From assembly GCA_964016885.1 (NCBI GenBank), contig OZ024740.1, forward strand, positions 325,996,001 to 326,060,000: a stretch of 64,000 bases of DNA, written 5' to 3'. Shown piece after piece: positions 13,840 to 26,768 of the stretch. How positions within the stretch are numbered: the first letter of the stretch is position 1; each line of letters opens with the position of its first letter. Made by a program: the position numbers and the translations under genes. The notes under the pieces were generated by a model. That model saw only the letters and a list, made by a program, of their open reading frames with translations. It ran no database searches and was not told the DNA's origin. This DNA comes from Eledone cirrhosa (lineage: Eukaryota).

Positions 13840-15900
13840 GCAAATGATTTTCAAATAATTCTATACATAGTCTTTCATTAGAAATATCAAAGTTTTAAAC
13901 ATTGTCACATAGAATCATACACACACACACAAAACGATAGACATCTGTCGGTTTTGATGAGTGTTCCAGTTTATCAACCAAACAGCCTGCTCATGAAATT
14001 AACATGTAAGTCATTGAGCATTCCATAGACACTTGTATCGTTAACATAATTTTCAGTTTCACATTATTCAGCAAGATGGACTGTACCTGTAAGTGGTTGA
14101 GTATTCCACAGATACATGTATCCATATATAATTCTCAAGGAAATCTAGCTTGACTGTGTGACATATCTTTGAATTAGATATATAGTGTAATGGCACATTC
14201 CATAGACACATGTGCCCTTAACATAATTCTCAAGGAGATTCAGTGTAACATGTGACAAAGCTGGCCTTTTGAATTACAAGTACAGTCCATCTGACAGGCT
14301 ACTAGTTTCCTTCTACCCAGTTTCATTCACAAGTCATGGGTCAAACCATGACTATGGGAAATGACATTTGTTCAAGATGCCATGCTGTGGGGTTAAACGT
14401 GGGAGTTAATGATTGTGAAGCAAATTTCTCAACCATTTAGTCATGCTGCATTCGCAACATATATATAAAGTATTGTGTAGATGTCATGACAAAAAGCACC
14501 CAGTACTCGCTGTAAATAAGGTTGGCGTTAGGAAGGGCATCCAGCTATAGAAACCAAGCCAAAATCAGTTCTGTAGGAACAAGACATGGGTCCTGAACTA
14601 GCATCACCCACACCAGGTCAACTCGTCTAACCCATGCTAGCATAGAAAAATAGACGTAAAATGAGATTATATATATTATATAAACAGAAACTCACCCAAA
14701 AACACTGAGCCTAAAACCACACAGCCATGCAAGCATTTCCCTCCCACCAGTGTCGGAGGACCTGAAAAAGAATGTAGATACTGCTCCCCACTTTCACTCT
14801 GACTAAATAGTAAAATAAGAAATTAAGAAAAACTTACATAAGTTCCACCATTGTATTCAACATGAAATGGGTGAGATTGTTTTTATTTTTTATTAATGTC
14901 AATAGATTGATATTTTGAATTTTAACTCTTAACATCCTGTACTGCAAGAAACCACATTAAGGCTATTCTTAAAAAGTACAAAATAGCACAGACTGCATCA
15001 CCTTAAATATTAGTCGTTACTCTATTACAAATGTTCACAATCTGTCCTCTAGTAAAGCTACTATAAACATTTGAATTAACAGATTACATGAAAGCACATT
15101 AGCAAAGCATTCTTGAAAACTACAAAATAGCTATTACTGCGTCACATTAAAAATTAGTCTTTACTCTAATACAGCAAATTTTTATAACGATCTGTTTATT
15201 AATAAAGATATGAATATTTGAATTGATAAACTGTTTTTAGATATTTTCTAAATCATGAGAGTAAAATCATTTTTAGATTTAATGTCAAGAAAATATATTG
15301 CATGAAATGCGAGAACTTCATATAAAGTGTGGCCAAATATTAGGTTCGATCTTAGCATTTTAATATTTACTATTGGTATACAGAAAGGCAGCAAATTGGT
15401 TAGAATGCTTTCTTGTGTTTGTTCCCACTCTCTGCACTCCGAGTTCATCTTTACCTTTCACACTTCTAGGATCAATAAAATAGCAGTCTAGTGCTGGGGT
15501 TGATTCTTACTCTATATCTCATTCTCACATTCTCTAAGAAATTAGATACATTTCAGACCTGAAGTGGGATGGGCTCCACCAGGCTAAAATGCTAAAGACT
15601 CCACCAGGAGCTCAGGGCACATGGCATTAGTATACAGTAACTATACTAATATACTATTGAGCCTCTAATGTGGAGACCTATGTTACTAGAACAATAACAA
15701 ATGTTTTAAGGTCCTGTTGCCTGCTGAAGTAGAGGTTAGCCTTATGGGGTCTCTTATTGATTACCTTAGCATTTTTTACAACGCGTCTCTGTATAACAAT
15801 AGATAGGTGTAGTGGAATGTTATAATAGGTGTGTAGAGGGACAACAGAATAGATTACTTATGTGGTTAGTAGTAGACTGGAATAGATTCAATATATTGGA

Positions 15901-16720
15901 CAGGATTGTAGCTGGTGGTAATGGTAGTTACAGGTTGTAGCTGGTGGTAATGGTAGTTACAGGTTGTAGCTGGTGGTAATGGTAGTTACAGGTTGTAGCT
16001 GGTGGTAATGGTAGTTACAGGTTGTAGCTGGTGGTAATGGTAGTTACAGGTTGTAGCTGGTGGTAATGGTAGTTACAGGTTGTAGCTGGTGGTAATGGTA
16101 GTTACAGGTTGTAGCTGGGGGGTAATGGTAGTTACAGGTTGTAGCTGGGGGGTAATGGTAGCTACAGGTTGTAGCTGGGGGGTAATGGTAGCTACAGGTT
16201 GTAGCTGGGGGGTAACGGTAGCTACAGGTTGTAGCTGGGGGGTAACGGTAGCTACAGGTTGTAGCTGGGGGGTAACGGTAGTTACAGCTTGTAGCTGGGG
16301 GGTAACGGTAGCTACAGCTTGTAGCTGGGGGGTAACGGTAGCTACAGCTTGTAGCTGGGGGGTAACGGTAGCTACAGCTTGTAGCTGGGGGGTAACGGTA
16401 GCTACAGCTTGTAGCTGGGGGGTAACGGTAGCTACAGCTTGTAGCTGGGGGGTAACGGTAGCTACAGGTTGTAGCTGGGGCGTAACGGTAGCTACAGGTT
16501 GTAGCTGGGGCGTAACGGTAGCTACAGGTTGTAGCTGGGGGGGCGTAACGGTAGCTACAGGTTGTAGCTGGGGGGGCGTAACGGTAGCTACAGGTTGTAG
16601 CTGGGGGGGCGTAACGGTAGCTACAGGTTGTAGCTGGGGGGGTAACGGTAGTTACAGGTTGTAGCTGGGGGGTAACGGTAGCTACAGGTTGTAGCTGGGG
16701 GGTAACGGTAGCTACAGGTT
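15901..16720. repeat. Minisatellite of about 27 units of 29-33 bp (acaggttgtagctggggggtaacggtagct)
   Basis: Directly visible tandem array with blocks of variant units. Confidence 0.97.
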
Positions 16721-17044
16721 TTGGTACTGGAAGATATTGATGAGGGACAGAATTATAGCTGTTGTTAAAAGTAACTACAGATTTTGGTATTGGACTATAT
16801 ATCAAATAATGTAAATCAATTGTATGATTTTATTAATGTTATAGATTATAGAAATATAGGTGGGATGTTTTATAGCAGGAGTTGGAGCGAAAATAGTGTT
16901 AATGTAATCCTGTAATGATTTAGCTGGAAATATCTAAAAACAGGATAATTAAAATGTTTACAATGTACTTATTAGTGGACAGATCATTGTGAAAATTTGC
17001 AATATTAGACTTGAGTAAAAACTGTGGTTAGAAAAAGCTCTCAC

Positions 17045-17260
17045 TTACCGCTTTTCATAGGCGCCGCTAAATCCCATGGCTGGTTTCTCCTCTTCCACGT
17101 GCGTCCAACTCATTAACACCCGGGGGCTGCCAAACTCGCGTCCACACCATTCCTGGTCACCACTAGAGAGAGACCAATCTGCTGGCTCTTCCGGTCGAGC
17201 ACCCTTCCGGTCAAGCACTCCCCAGCTTCCGGCCACCGCACACCACACCATACCCATAAA
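17045..17260 (-). promoter_or_regulatory. GC/CpG-rich promoter-like island with three ETS-type CCGGAAG motifs, a CCAAT box and an antisense splice donor
   Basis: cttccgg at 17188, 17204 and 17226; ccaat at 17174; minus-strand GCG|GTAAGT at 17049/17048. Confidence 0.45.
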
Positions 17261-18413
17261 AACTTCAGTATTTAAAGTGATATAGTCATAGTGCTGTTAT
17301 GTACTTTTCAAGGTCTTTTTAATGTGGTTTCATGTGGTACAAAACATTGAGGTCACAAAGAGCTCATATGATGCTGAAGTGTATTTATTTGACTATATTA
17401 AGTCTGCTGTTTCTGAGAAACATAGCATCTCCATTATTATTATCATCATCATTGATTTACATCTATTTTCCATGCTAGCATAGGTTGAACAAATTGCCAT
17501 GATCTGAGTCACAACTACATACCATATTTTATCATGGTTTCTACAGCTAGATGTCTTTCTTAACACCAAACATTTTCCAGTGTGTATTGGTTACATTTTA
17601 TCATGGCACTATCACTACTTCTTGCCATAGTATACTAGGTACATTTTATTGTGGAACTGGCACTACCACTTTACAGACTGTTGCATACATTTTATCATAG
17701 CACCAGTACAACCACTTTCGAGTGGACAGGCTGCATTTTATGAAGGAACCAGCTCTAGAGAGGTTGTCAAGTCTTTGACAGAACCACCTCCAGGGGTACT
17801 TTACCTACTTTTTCAACTATTATTTATGATTGACTACTGTTATAGCTACTGCTGTAGCATCCTTGTACTCTACATTTTCTTGGTTTGTTTGCTCACCAAT
17901 TTAGAGAGTACTGAGAGCATTCCATTATGACACCAACATAAGGAAGGTTTTCTTATCCACTGCTGTCTAGAATCTAACACAAGTAATTTGAAAGTCCCTA
18001 CACAGTGAAAGCTTCTTATCAAAAGTAATTTTATCAAACTGCTTGAAACCACTCCTGGTTCTATGATACAAAACTGTGCATTTTTAAAGTGTTCATATTT
18101 ATATTAAGAACTTCCATCAAAAACCTTTTTAAATAATTGTGAATATCTGGTTGATTTAAAAAATAATGAGAATTTGAAATATATTCGATCCAACATAAAT
18201 GACTGAGTAGTCACTTACTTTAAACAATAGTTGAGAAAATCAGTACCACTGGACACAGAAAAGAATTACCAGAGATGTCTGCAAGGAATTGAACCTCTTA
18301 TTTCTCATGTGGTGTAAGTGTGTTAACTATTATGCTATGTGGTTCCTGGCCATTCCTTGCTGTCTTTTTAGATTTTAAGCCTGTAGCTTGAAGTGTGAAC
18401 ATTCAATTGACTT

Positions 18414-18550
18414 AACTAGCACAGGGCCTCATTTTCTTAAGTCATGAAGCCCCCTTATTTGGGCCCTGAGGAAGGTAAAAAAATTTGGGGGTGCAGGAAG
18501 ATGGGCTCTGTGCTTAAGCACACCTAACCACAATGGTAAATCTGGGACTG
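18414..18550. mobile_element. Rearranged copy of the hAT-type MITE
   Basis: Shares ccctga.gaaggtaaaaaaa, tgtgcttaagcac and caatggtaaat..actg with 54661-54830; the left arm is inverted. Confidence 0.7.
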
Positions 18551-19134
18551 CTGGTATCTGAGAGATGTGGGTCTTGATTTCTTGCAGGCGATTTCTTGCG
18601 TTTTCCATCTCCAGGGTTACTTTACTCAATTTTTTTCAACTTTTATTTATGATGATCAACTATTATGGATTGGTAGTATCAGTAGAGGCTCAGACGCCAT
18701 GCTTTGATGCATAGTTATGGCTCTTTCCATTCTGAGTTCAAATCACACCGAGGTTAACTTTGCCTTTCATCCTTACAGGGTCGATAAAATAAAGTACCAG
18801 CAATGCACTGAGTAATTGTTGGCCTTGTGCCAAATGTAGAAACAATTATTATAGCTATATACATTTGGATGACAATATTTCAAGTTTTTAAAAGAAATTG
18901 TTAAATGTTGTCACAAAAAAGTAGCTTATTAATGGAAATATTATTTAAAATTTTTCCAAATTTTTAATTATAGATTTCAAATGATTTTGAAAAATAAGGT
19001 GTCATTTCATTAAAAATATGGTAACAAAAGGGTTAATTAAATGCAATCAATGATTTCTTTAGGATAGATAACATGGCTGCTTCTCAATATAAGACGTGTC
19101 ACAAACAGATTTGTTTCATCTTGGTTTTCGTTTT

Positions 19135-19286
19135 CTATTTCTTTCTTTTTTCTTTTCTTTTTCTTTCTTTCTCTCATTCTTTCATTCTCTTTCATTCTCT
19201 CTCTTTCTCTCTTTCTCTCTTTCTCTCTTTCTCTCTTTCTCTCTTTCTCTCTCTTGCTCTCTTCCTCTCTCTTCCTCTCTTCCTCT
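19135..19286. repeat. (TC/TTTC)n polypyrimidine microsatellite
   Basis: Direct reading. Confidence 0.9.
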
Positions 19287-19710
19287 GACACAGCAGTTGC
19301 TGAAGTGAATGATAATACATATTCGTAAATATATTAAAGACTTTCCTTTCATCCAATTCCAAACTACAACATATTGTAGAACTAATAGGAATTCTTCAAT
19401 GTAACAGTTTATAATCAGATATTCAGGAATCAGACAATGATGGCCTTGGAATGGATTTCAATAACAGTTCTGGGATTCAAGTCTGAGATGAACTTATTGA
19501 CCTTTACAACCTCTATAATACTAACCAGTCCATAACCATTTCTGGTTCTATGAAACAAAATCACCCATTTTAAAGAGTTCTTGTTTAAATTAAAATCTCC
19601 CCACATAATTTTATATAAGAAACATATGTTAAATTACTATCCTGCTAATGAAATAAAGTTTAATAAATTCCAACAAAATTCTTAATTAAAATAGTGTATT
19701 TCCACTGCTC

Positions 19711-20008
19711 CCATGATGTTCAGAAACATTTGTTTCATGCTCAGTACTGAAGCATGGAACAAACTACCTGCATTGGTTGTTAGCTGTCAGGATACTGCAT
19801 CCTTCAAAACTTCCATGCTTCCTAAAATTCACCAACACTACGCTCAATATTTCCCCTTCATACACACATGCATGTATCTGTGTGTATGACTCTTACTGTT
19901 CATTTTCCTGGCATTTGTACATTATTCTATGTACTATACATACACCTTTTGATTAGTTGTAGTGCACCTAAGCACTGTACACAATGATTTTCATTATTAT
20001 TACTATTA
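19711..20008 (+). mobile_element. Short 3'-end fragment of the CR1-type LINE
   Basis: gaagcatggaacaaactacctgca...gtagtgcacctaagcact plus (ATT)n tail; reverse complement of the other copies' 3' ends. Confidence 0.82.
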
Positions 20009-22851
20009 AATGTGATTGACAATTTTAAAACATTCATACATTAAAACTTTCCGTTTTGTTTCATAAAACCAGGGGCAGTTTGAAGTGAATTATCAAAAAG
20101 GTTAATGCAAAAAAAAAGTGTTAAGGCCTGTTTCCCTACTAAAACAGGTGTTAGCCTTCCAGGCTTCATAATCTCCACTCATTATAGGGTTCTTTTTGAG
20201 GTTGTTTTACAGTTGAGTGCCACATTCCACTCACGAAGTATTAGTCAACCTATGAGAATGATAGACATTTGTGTGGCCTAGTGGTTAGGGTATTGGATTT
20301 ATAATCATAAAATAATGGGTTCAATTCCTGGTTTGAGCAGTACATTGAGTTATTGAGCATGATCTTCATTTTATATTTCTTTCCATGGAGGGACTGTCTC
20401 TATTATTAAAAGGTGAGAAACCTTTGATATCCATCCTCACATGTGGGCTGTAACATGATAGCAAGATGCTAGTTAAATCTGCATACAGGTGAGCTGTAAT
20501 ATTTTTTTTTTTACATTTGCCCGAAATGTCATACAGTGGGCTTGAACCTAAAACCACTTTATTACTAAGCAAACTCCTTAACTGCACTGCTATACCCGCC
20601 TACATCTCATGCAAATTAAACTGACCACTGGTCAATTGATATTAAATTACATATTTTCTGTATTGATTAGATCAATACAGAAAAACAATCGATACATAAT
20701 TTTGAAATATAAAACAAAAAGCCATATCAAATTGTGGTTCAATATTTCAAATTTATGACAGTATATGAAATGTCAATCTATGAAACCATGGTAACAGATG
20801 TTTAGGTAATTGTGACAGGAATAATAAAAAAAAAAAAATAAAAAAAAAAGTACCAATCAAATACTGGGCTAGATTTATATTCCTATATATCCTAGATAGG
20901 GATGGAATTATAATAAAACTCCAGGACGTATGGAAAGTTAAATTGACCTTGGTGGAATTTGAACTCAAAACGGCTGAAACTAAATACTGCAAATAACATT
21001 CCTTAGCACTTTCGGAGGCCATACTTCTAATGAAATATACTCTTTTAATTCATTAAGGAATAATTTTGAGGGATTTACTAAAATGATTTCATTAAGATAG
21101 TAGCTTAACATATTCATCATCATCATTTCACGTCCGCTTTTCCCTGCTTGCAAGAGTGGGACGGGAACTGGTTCTGACTAGATTTCTACAGATGGATGCC
21201 CTTCCTAATACCAACCTCATTTACAGTGAGTGCTGGGTGCTTTTTTGCCGTGGCACCTCCACGACCACTTTACAGTGGAATGATAGGGACTGGGGTCCCT
21301 ATCATCTCATTTCTACAGCTGAGTAAACTGGAGCATTGTGAAATAAAGTGTCTTGCTCAAGGAAACAACACATCACCCGGTCTGAGAATTGAACTCACAA
21401 CCTTTCGATTGCAAGGCCAATGCTCTAACCACTAAGCCATGTGCCTCCTATATTCTTATATAAAATTAGACTAGAATATTTTAATTTAATAAAAAATGAT
21501 GAAAACCCCGTTTAAAATGGGTGATTTGATTACATGATACCAACCAGGTCAAAACTGGCTCTGGTACTAAGTTAACTCCTTTGTTACCATATTTTATAAT
21601 GAAATACATTGCCAATGTTTCATTTGGCGCAATTTAAATGTTTTTCTTTAAGTTGGTGTTTGCAACATTAAGTAACAAAAATGTTAATAAAATTATGGAA
21701 ATTTTTAATATAAACATGAATATTTCAAATTGGTCAGTTTTGTGTCATAAAATGAAGAGCAGACTCAGACAGATTAGTATAAAATAGATTAATGCTACAC
21801 AAGCGTTTTAAGGTCATTTCCCCTTAGTAAAACAGGGGTAGGCTTTGCACTCTTCATGACATGCTTCATATTCAATATAAGGTCCTTATTAAGGCAATGT
21901 TTCACAGCTGAATGCCAGATTCTGCTCACAAGGTGATGGTCAACCCAAACCTAACATACACGACTAAAATGCCATGTAGTAGACTTGAGCCTAGAACCAT
22001 TCTATTACTAAGCAAACTTCTTAACCACACTGCTGTACCTGCCTAAATCTCATGTAAATTAAACTGACCAATGGTCACTGATTTTAAATTACAAATCTTC
22101 TGTATAGATTAGATCAATACTGAAAAACAATCAATAATAATTTTGAAATTTAAAACAAAGCCATATCAAATTGTGGTTCGATAATTCAAGTTTAAACCAA
22201 TATATGAAATGTCAATCTATGAAACTATGGTAACAGATGTTTGTGTAATTGTGACAGGATGTCAATATTAGCGGGGTAGGGACTGGGGAAAGTGAGGAAA
22301 TTTTATGTCATTGATTCAATTTCTTAGTTGTGGTTATGTAATAATTGACAATGTTTTTTGTTTTTTTTTAAGTAATCTAATTTTACTTAGCATTGATTCC
22401 AATCCATGTTGCCAACATGGAAGTATGGATACTAAATGGTGATGGTCATGATGGTGGTGGTAGTTGTGGCGGCAATGGTTGCGGTGGTGATGGCTGTGTT
22501 GGTGGTGATAATGGTGGGGTTGTGGCAGTGGTGATGGTGGTAATAGTGATGGTGTGGGTGAACAGTGTTGATGATGATAGATGATTTGTCAGCTTTTCTC
22601 AATAATTCAACCCTTTCATTACCATATTTGTAATTAATTTTGAAAATAATCAAGACTTTGGAGAGATTTAGTAATATAATTAACTTTCTCGTTATTATGA
22701 TGGAAGACTTTTAGATAAATTTGAACATTTTAAAACACCATATTATCATAGAACCAGGGGCAGTTTCAGATGGTCTGGAGTCAAAGGGGTTGGTTAATCA
22801 GTATTACTGTGTCTGTACAAAGGTGTATATGTGTGGTGTTTGGGGGAAGGA

Positions 22852-22882
<31 letters not shown>

Positions 22883-22992
22883 GCTACCAATTAGTCAGGG
22901 AGGGGAAGCTAGTGTCCATGATCCTATTCTCCAATTACTTCTAAAACATAATTGGCTTATCGAATAACATAAACATTTTATGAATTAATGAG

Positions 22993-23031
<39 letters not shown>

Positions 23032-23773
23032 GAATTCATCATCCCCCCCCCCCTCCTCATCACCACCACCATCCCCAATGTCATCTTTCCTATCTTTATC
23101 AGCAGCACCATCATCATTGCCACTACCATCATCATCCTCATTAACACAACCACCACCAGAACCATCACTGCCCTCATCACCACCACCACCTCCATCATTT
23201 TACCTCTGTTCCCCATGCTGGTATTCTTTAATTGAAATATTTTTACAGGTGTTCTTGTTTATGTTAAAAGACCTGCAGGTGGAACACCATTGAGCAATGG
23301 ACATTAGACAATTGCTAAACCAAGATGGAGATTATTCCTTGAAGATATGACAAAAGAAAAAGAAAATATATTTCTAGAATACTTTAGCTTCCTAACAAAG
23401 AGAATTATTTTTAATTTTAGAAAATACTTTATACAAATCTTTTAAATTCTTATTTTAACATCAATTGAATATTGATGAAATGAACAATACGACTCTCTTT
23501 AAGAAAAAAATGTATATGTATTAGATATATCTATATATCTATAATGAGAGGGAGGTATAGAGAGATATGTCCGTCTCTCTCTCTACATCTCTTCATTTAA
23601 TCTTTCAGTCTTTCTCTTTTCTTGAACAAATTCATAATTTTGTTGAATGCCTCAGGCGACTAAAACGTTTGGCACCAGGAATGGTCACCTGACCATAAAT
23701 CAGTATGTTTTGATGAGTAGGAAATTATCAAGAAGTCTGTAAGGCTAATTCTTGTTCTAACACAACAATGGCC

Positions 23774-24002
23774 TTAACCCTTTTGATACCAGCCTAGCTT
23801 TGGTTCTATGAAACAAATCTACCCATTTTAATGGAGTCCTATTCAAATTAAAATCTCCCAACACAATTCTATATAAAAACCATGTTAAGTTACTATCTTA
23901 GTATTGAAATAATTCATGATTTTATTAAATCACTTAAAATTCATCATTAATTAATTGAAATACAGCGTATTTCATTAGAATTAAGGTCACAACAGGGCTA
24001 AA
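23774..24002. mobile_element. AT-rich piggyBac-type MITE family 2, representative copy; more than 10 degenerate copies (e.g. ~880, 21570, 22610, 27265, 28810, 29245, 33045, 37645, 52150, 53780, 54890)
   Basis: Recurrent ends ttaacccttttg(a/t)tacca and tggtaacaaaagggttaa with shared internal ttctatgaaacaaaa and tttcattagaaatatgg. Confidence 0.7.
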
Positions 24003-24247
24003 ACAATTGTTAGTTTTAATTGAATGGGATACAGTCCTTGACTTTAGTCTTTATTAAATAAAAGTTGTGGTTTTTATAGCAGCGTGGAACAATATATAAT
24101 TTCTGCAAGATTTTGAAATGGAATAATGGATTAGAGCCTAATATCATGGCTTCTAAATCGTGTTACTTGGTAAACTCTCTTGTTAAAAAATGGATCGCAT
24201 ATAAAATTACAAAAGGAATTAATTTACTAGTGCTTAATACACTTAGT

Positions 24248-24505
24248 AGAGGCACGTGGCATAGTGGTAAGGGTGTTGGACTTACAATCATAATGTCGTG
24301 GGTTCATTTCCTGTACTGGGTTGCATGTTGTTCTTGAGCAAAACACTTTATTTCATGTTGCTCCAATATACTTAGCTGAAAACAAGTACCAGAATTAGCT
24401 GGGGATTTAACCCTGAGATGGACTGGCACCCTGCGCAGGGGGAGTCTTGTATTCTCATGCCATGAAACCGGGATAAGCACTGGCCTATTGAGCTTTCTGG
24501 CTTAC
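24248..24505 (+). mobile_element. tRNA-derived SINE family 2 (CORE-like; copies ~21305-21450, 34090-34340, 50825-51070, 55435-55570)
   Basis: tggcatagtggtaagg A-box, ggttcatttcc B-box, ttgagcaaaacactttatttca..ttgctcca core. Confidence 0.72.
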
Positions 24506-24701
24506 AAACTTTAGACTAGACTAATACAACTTAGATGAGAAAAGAATTGGTAAGATATAAATGCAAACAAACCATTGATTGAATTAATTTTTAGAATAGA
24601 TGGGTTTATTGGACAGAATGATGAATATTAGAATTGAGTTTGAGCCCCAAATCACCAGATTCTATGTTCAAAGTGCTTCTCTGATTACTTAGTAAATAAT
24701 G

Positions 24702-24881
24702 ATTTCTACTATAGGGCAAAGGCCAACAATTATCCCAGTGTTTTACTGGTACTTTATTTTATCGACCCTGTAAGGATGAAAAGATAACCTCGGCGGGATT
24801 TGAACTCGGACCATAAAGGGCCATACTCTTTGCTGTAAAGCATGGTGTCGGACCCTCTACCGATACTGCCAATCCACCACT
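24702..24881 (-). mobile_element. SINE family 1 copy with TSD
   Basis: TSD cttagtaaataatg (24688-24701 and 24882-24895). Confidence 0.87.
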
Positions 24882-25764
24882 CTTAGTAAATAATGCACAT
24901 GGTTAAACCCTGATTTTACCGTACATTAACCAGGAAAAGTTAGTAAAATAGACTCAACAGTTGCATAAAGCTTTGGATTTTATCTAGGTGTCTGTCTGGC
25001 AGCAAGTCTACATGATCAAGCAATTTTTGTTATAAAGAGATTGATAAATTCAAGCTCATATATTCATCCTCTGTGGACCCTGTAAGCTTTTATTCACCTA
25101 GGCCAAAATCTTATTCACTCCTCTCCCCTCCCCTCCCCTGAAGTCTATATGGACCACTTTGAGAATCTCTGCTCTATAATGTGGTCTCAGTGGAAATTTA
25201 AATGAAAATATTTCCTCAATAACATCTTTGAACAATGTCTTTGACAGTTTATCTGCTGAATTCTCCATAACTACATGTATTTTCAAGAATTGTCATTGAT
25301 ACAAAAGGTGTTGATTCTAAAACTAGATGAAAATACACACTTGAGAAATAGATGTATTTTGGTAGACTTAGAATTCTGTCTAAAACTGGTTCTGATACAA
25401 AACTGCTTGTTTTAAAGTATTTATTTAAAAACATGTCATTAAAATTTTATGTAAAAAACCTTTGTTCTAAAGACCAGATTAATATACCAATATATATTTT
25501 TCATCTGTCAAGTTATGTTCCAAACATCTTTACATTTTTGATACCAAGCCAGTTGAAACTGATCCTGCTTCTATGGAACAAAGTTGTGTTTTAAAGTGTT
25601 TATATTTAAATTTAAACTTTGCATCATAATTTAATGTAAGAACCATTAAGTTGTTCCAAACACCAACTTAATGAGAAAGCTAGTTATATTTCTAAATCTC
25701 TACAAATTCTTGATTAATTTCAAAATTATTTGAAAGCCAAAGGCAGAATCCTTCAATGGAAATA

Positions 25765-25953
25765 CAAGGGTCCACTGAAAAGTTCATAGGTGAACTAAGA
25801 TACTCTCATGAAATGACCAAATGAGGTTTATTTTCTACATAGTCCTTGGATAGAAATAGTTATTAATTAGAACTGAAATTAATGCATGCAAGATTTCACA
25901 GCACTAGCACCACTCCTTCCTAGTTAGCCTATGAACTTTTCAGCCACCATTTG
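25765..25953. mobile_element. mariner-type MITE (partial copy at ~63610-63690)
   Basis: TA|caagggtccactgaaaagttcatagg ... cctatgaacttttcagccaccatttg|TA. Confidence 0.78.
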
Positions 25954-26638
25954 TATATTAAAGGTTGGGAGTTCAACAGATAATGGATGAAGATAACTCT
26001 TTAGCCTTGTCAAGAAATTGACATCTTTTGTGCTAGTGTCACAATAAAATACACCCAGTACACTCTGCAAAGTGGTAATGCTTGTTACGATGAAATGCTC
26101 CAAGTACACTCTGTAAAGTGAATGCTGTTAGGAAGGACATTCAGCCATAGAAAGGAACCATGTCCAAATTTAAAACATGAGTAAGAAACACGAGTTAGAC
26201 AACATAGTTATGGCCCTTCACAGCATAGTTAGTCCTTTATGTTCTGAGTTTAAATCCTGCCAAGGTTAGCTTGCCTTTCATCCTTAGGGGGTCGATAAAA
26301 TAAATCACCAGTAATACAGTGGGGTCAATTTAATTGACTTTCCTTCTCCTTCAAATTGCTAGCCTTGTGCCTAAAGTAGAAACTATTATTATAATTTTTC
26401 ACATTATCACTTCATTACTGCATACAGCTGTGTACCTTGGGTATGTGTAGTGTGGTTTTTGGTGTTGTTTCTATTGTATTAAGAATACTCTTCGTAATGT
26501 GTGTGGTGGCTAGTAGTGCTATTTTTTGTATACTGTATATATTTTTAAGTTTTGGGGTTTTGGTTATGTAACCTGTTATTTTAGGTATTATTTCTATCTT
26601 CAGGTTATTTCTATCTTTACATTATTATTATTTTCCAG

Positions 26639-26768
26639 TGGTGTCAACTTTCTGGACTTAATGTTACGCCAGGGTGTAATTGACAGCCCTCCAAAGACAC
26701 CAGTAATCATGGGTTACGAATGTGCTGGGATCATTGAAGCAGTTGGGGAAAAGGCTGAAGGTATCAAT
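26639..26768 (+). CDS. VAT1L: VAT1L-like exon A (130 nt): (C)[43 protein letters not shown]
   Basis: ttttccag acceptor, gtaagt donor; GroES-like MDR domain motif GYECAG. Confidence 0.93.

Noticed and set aside
15901-16720. CRISPR-like array (palindromic ~30-bp repeats)
   Set aside because: No unique spacers, no cas genes, eukaryotic intron context
16044-16805. 253-aa Cys/Tyr/Pro repeat protein (and the 191-aa opposite-strand ORF)
   Set aside because: Product of a 30-bp minisatellite; unit length changes shift the frame and the start is non-ATG, so it is not supported as a gene
22941-23293. Pro/Ser-rich and Met/Val-rich ORFs
   Set aside because: (CAT/CAC)n low-complexity tract next to poly-T
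1-26638. First coding exon of the VAT1L-like gene
   Set aside because: No segment encoding the expected N-terminal GFGG..K..PEP..VRVKA-type sequence with a phase-2 donor was recognised; it probably lies upstream of the window
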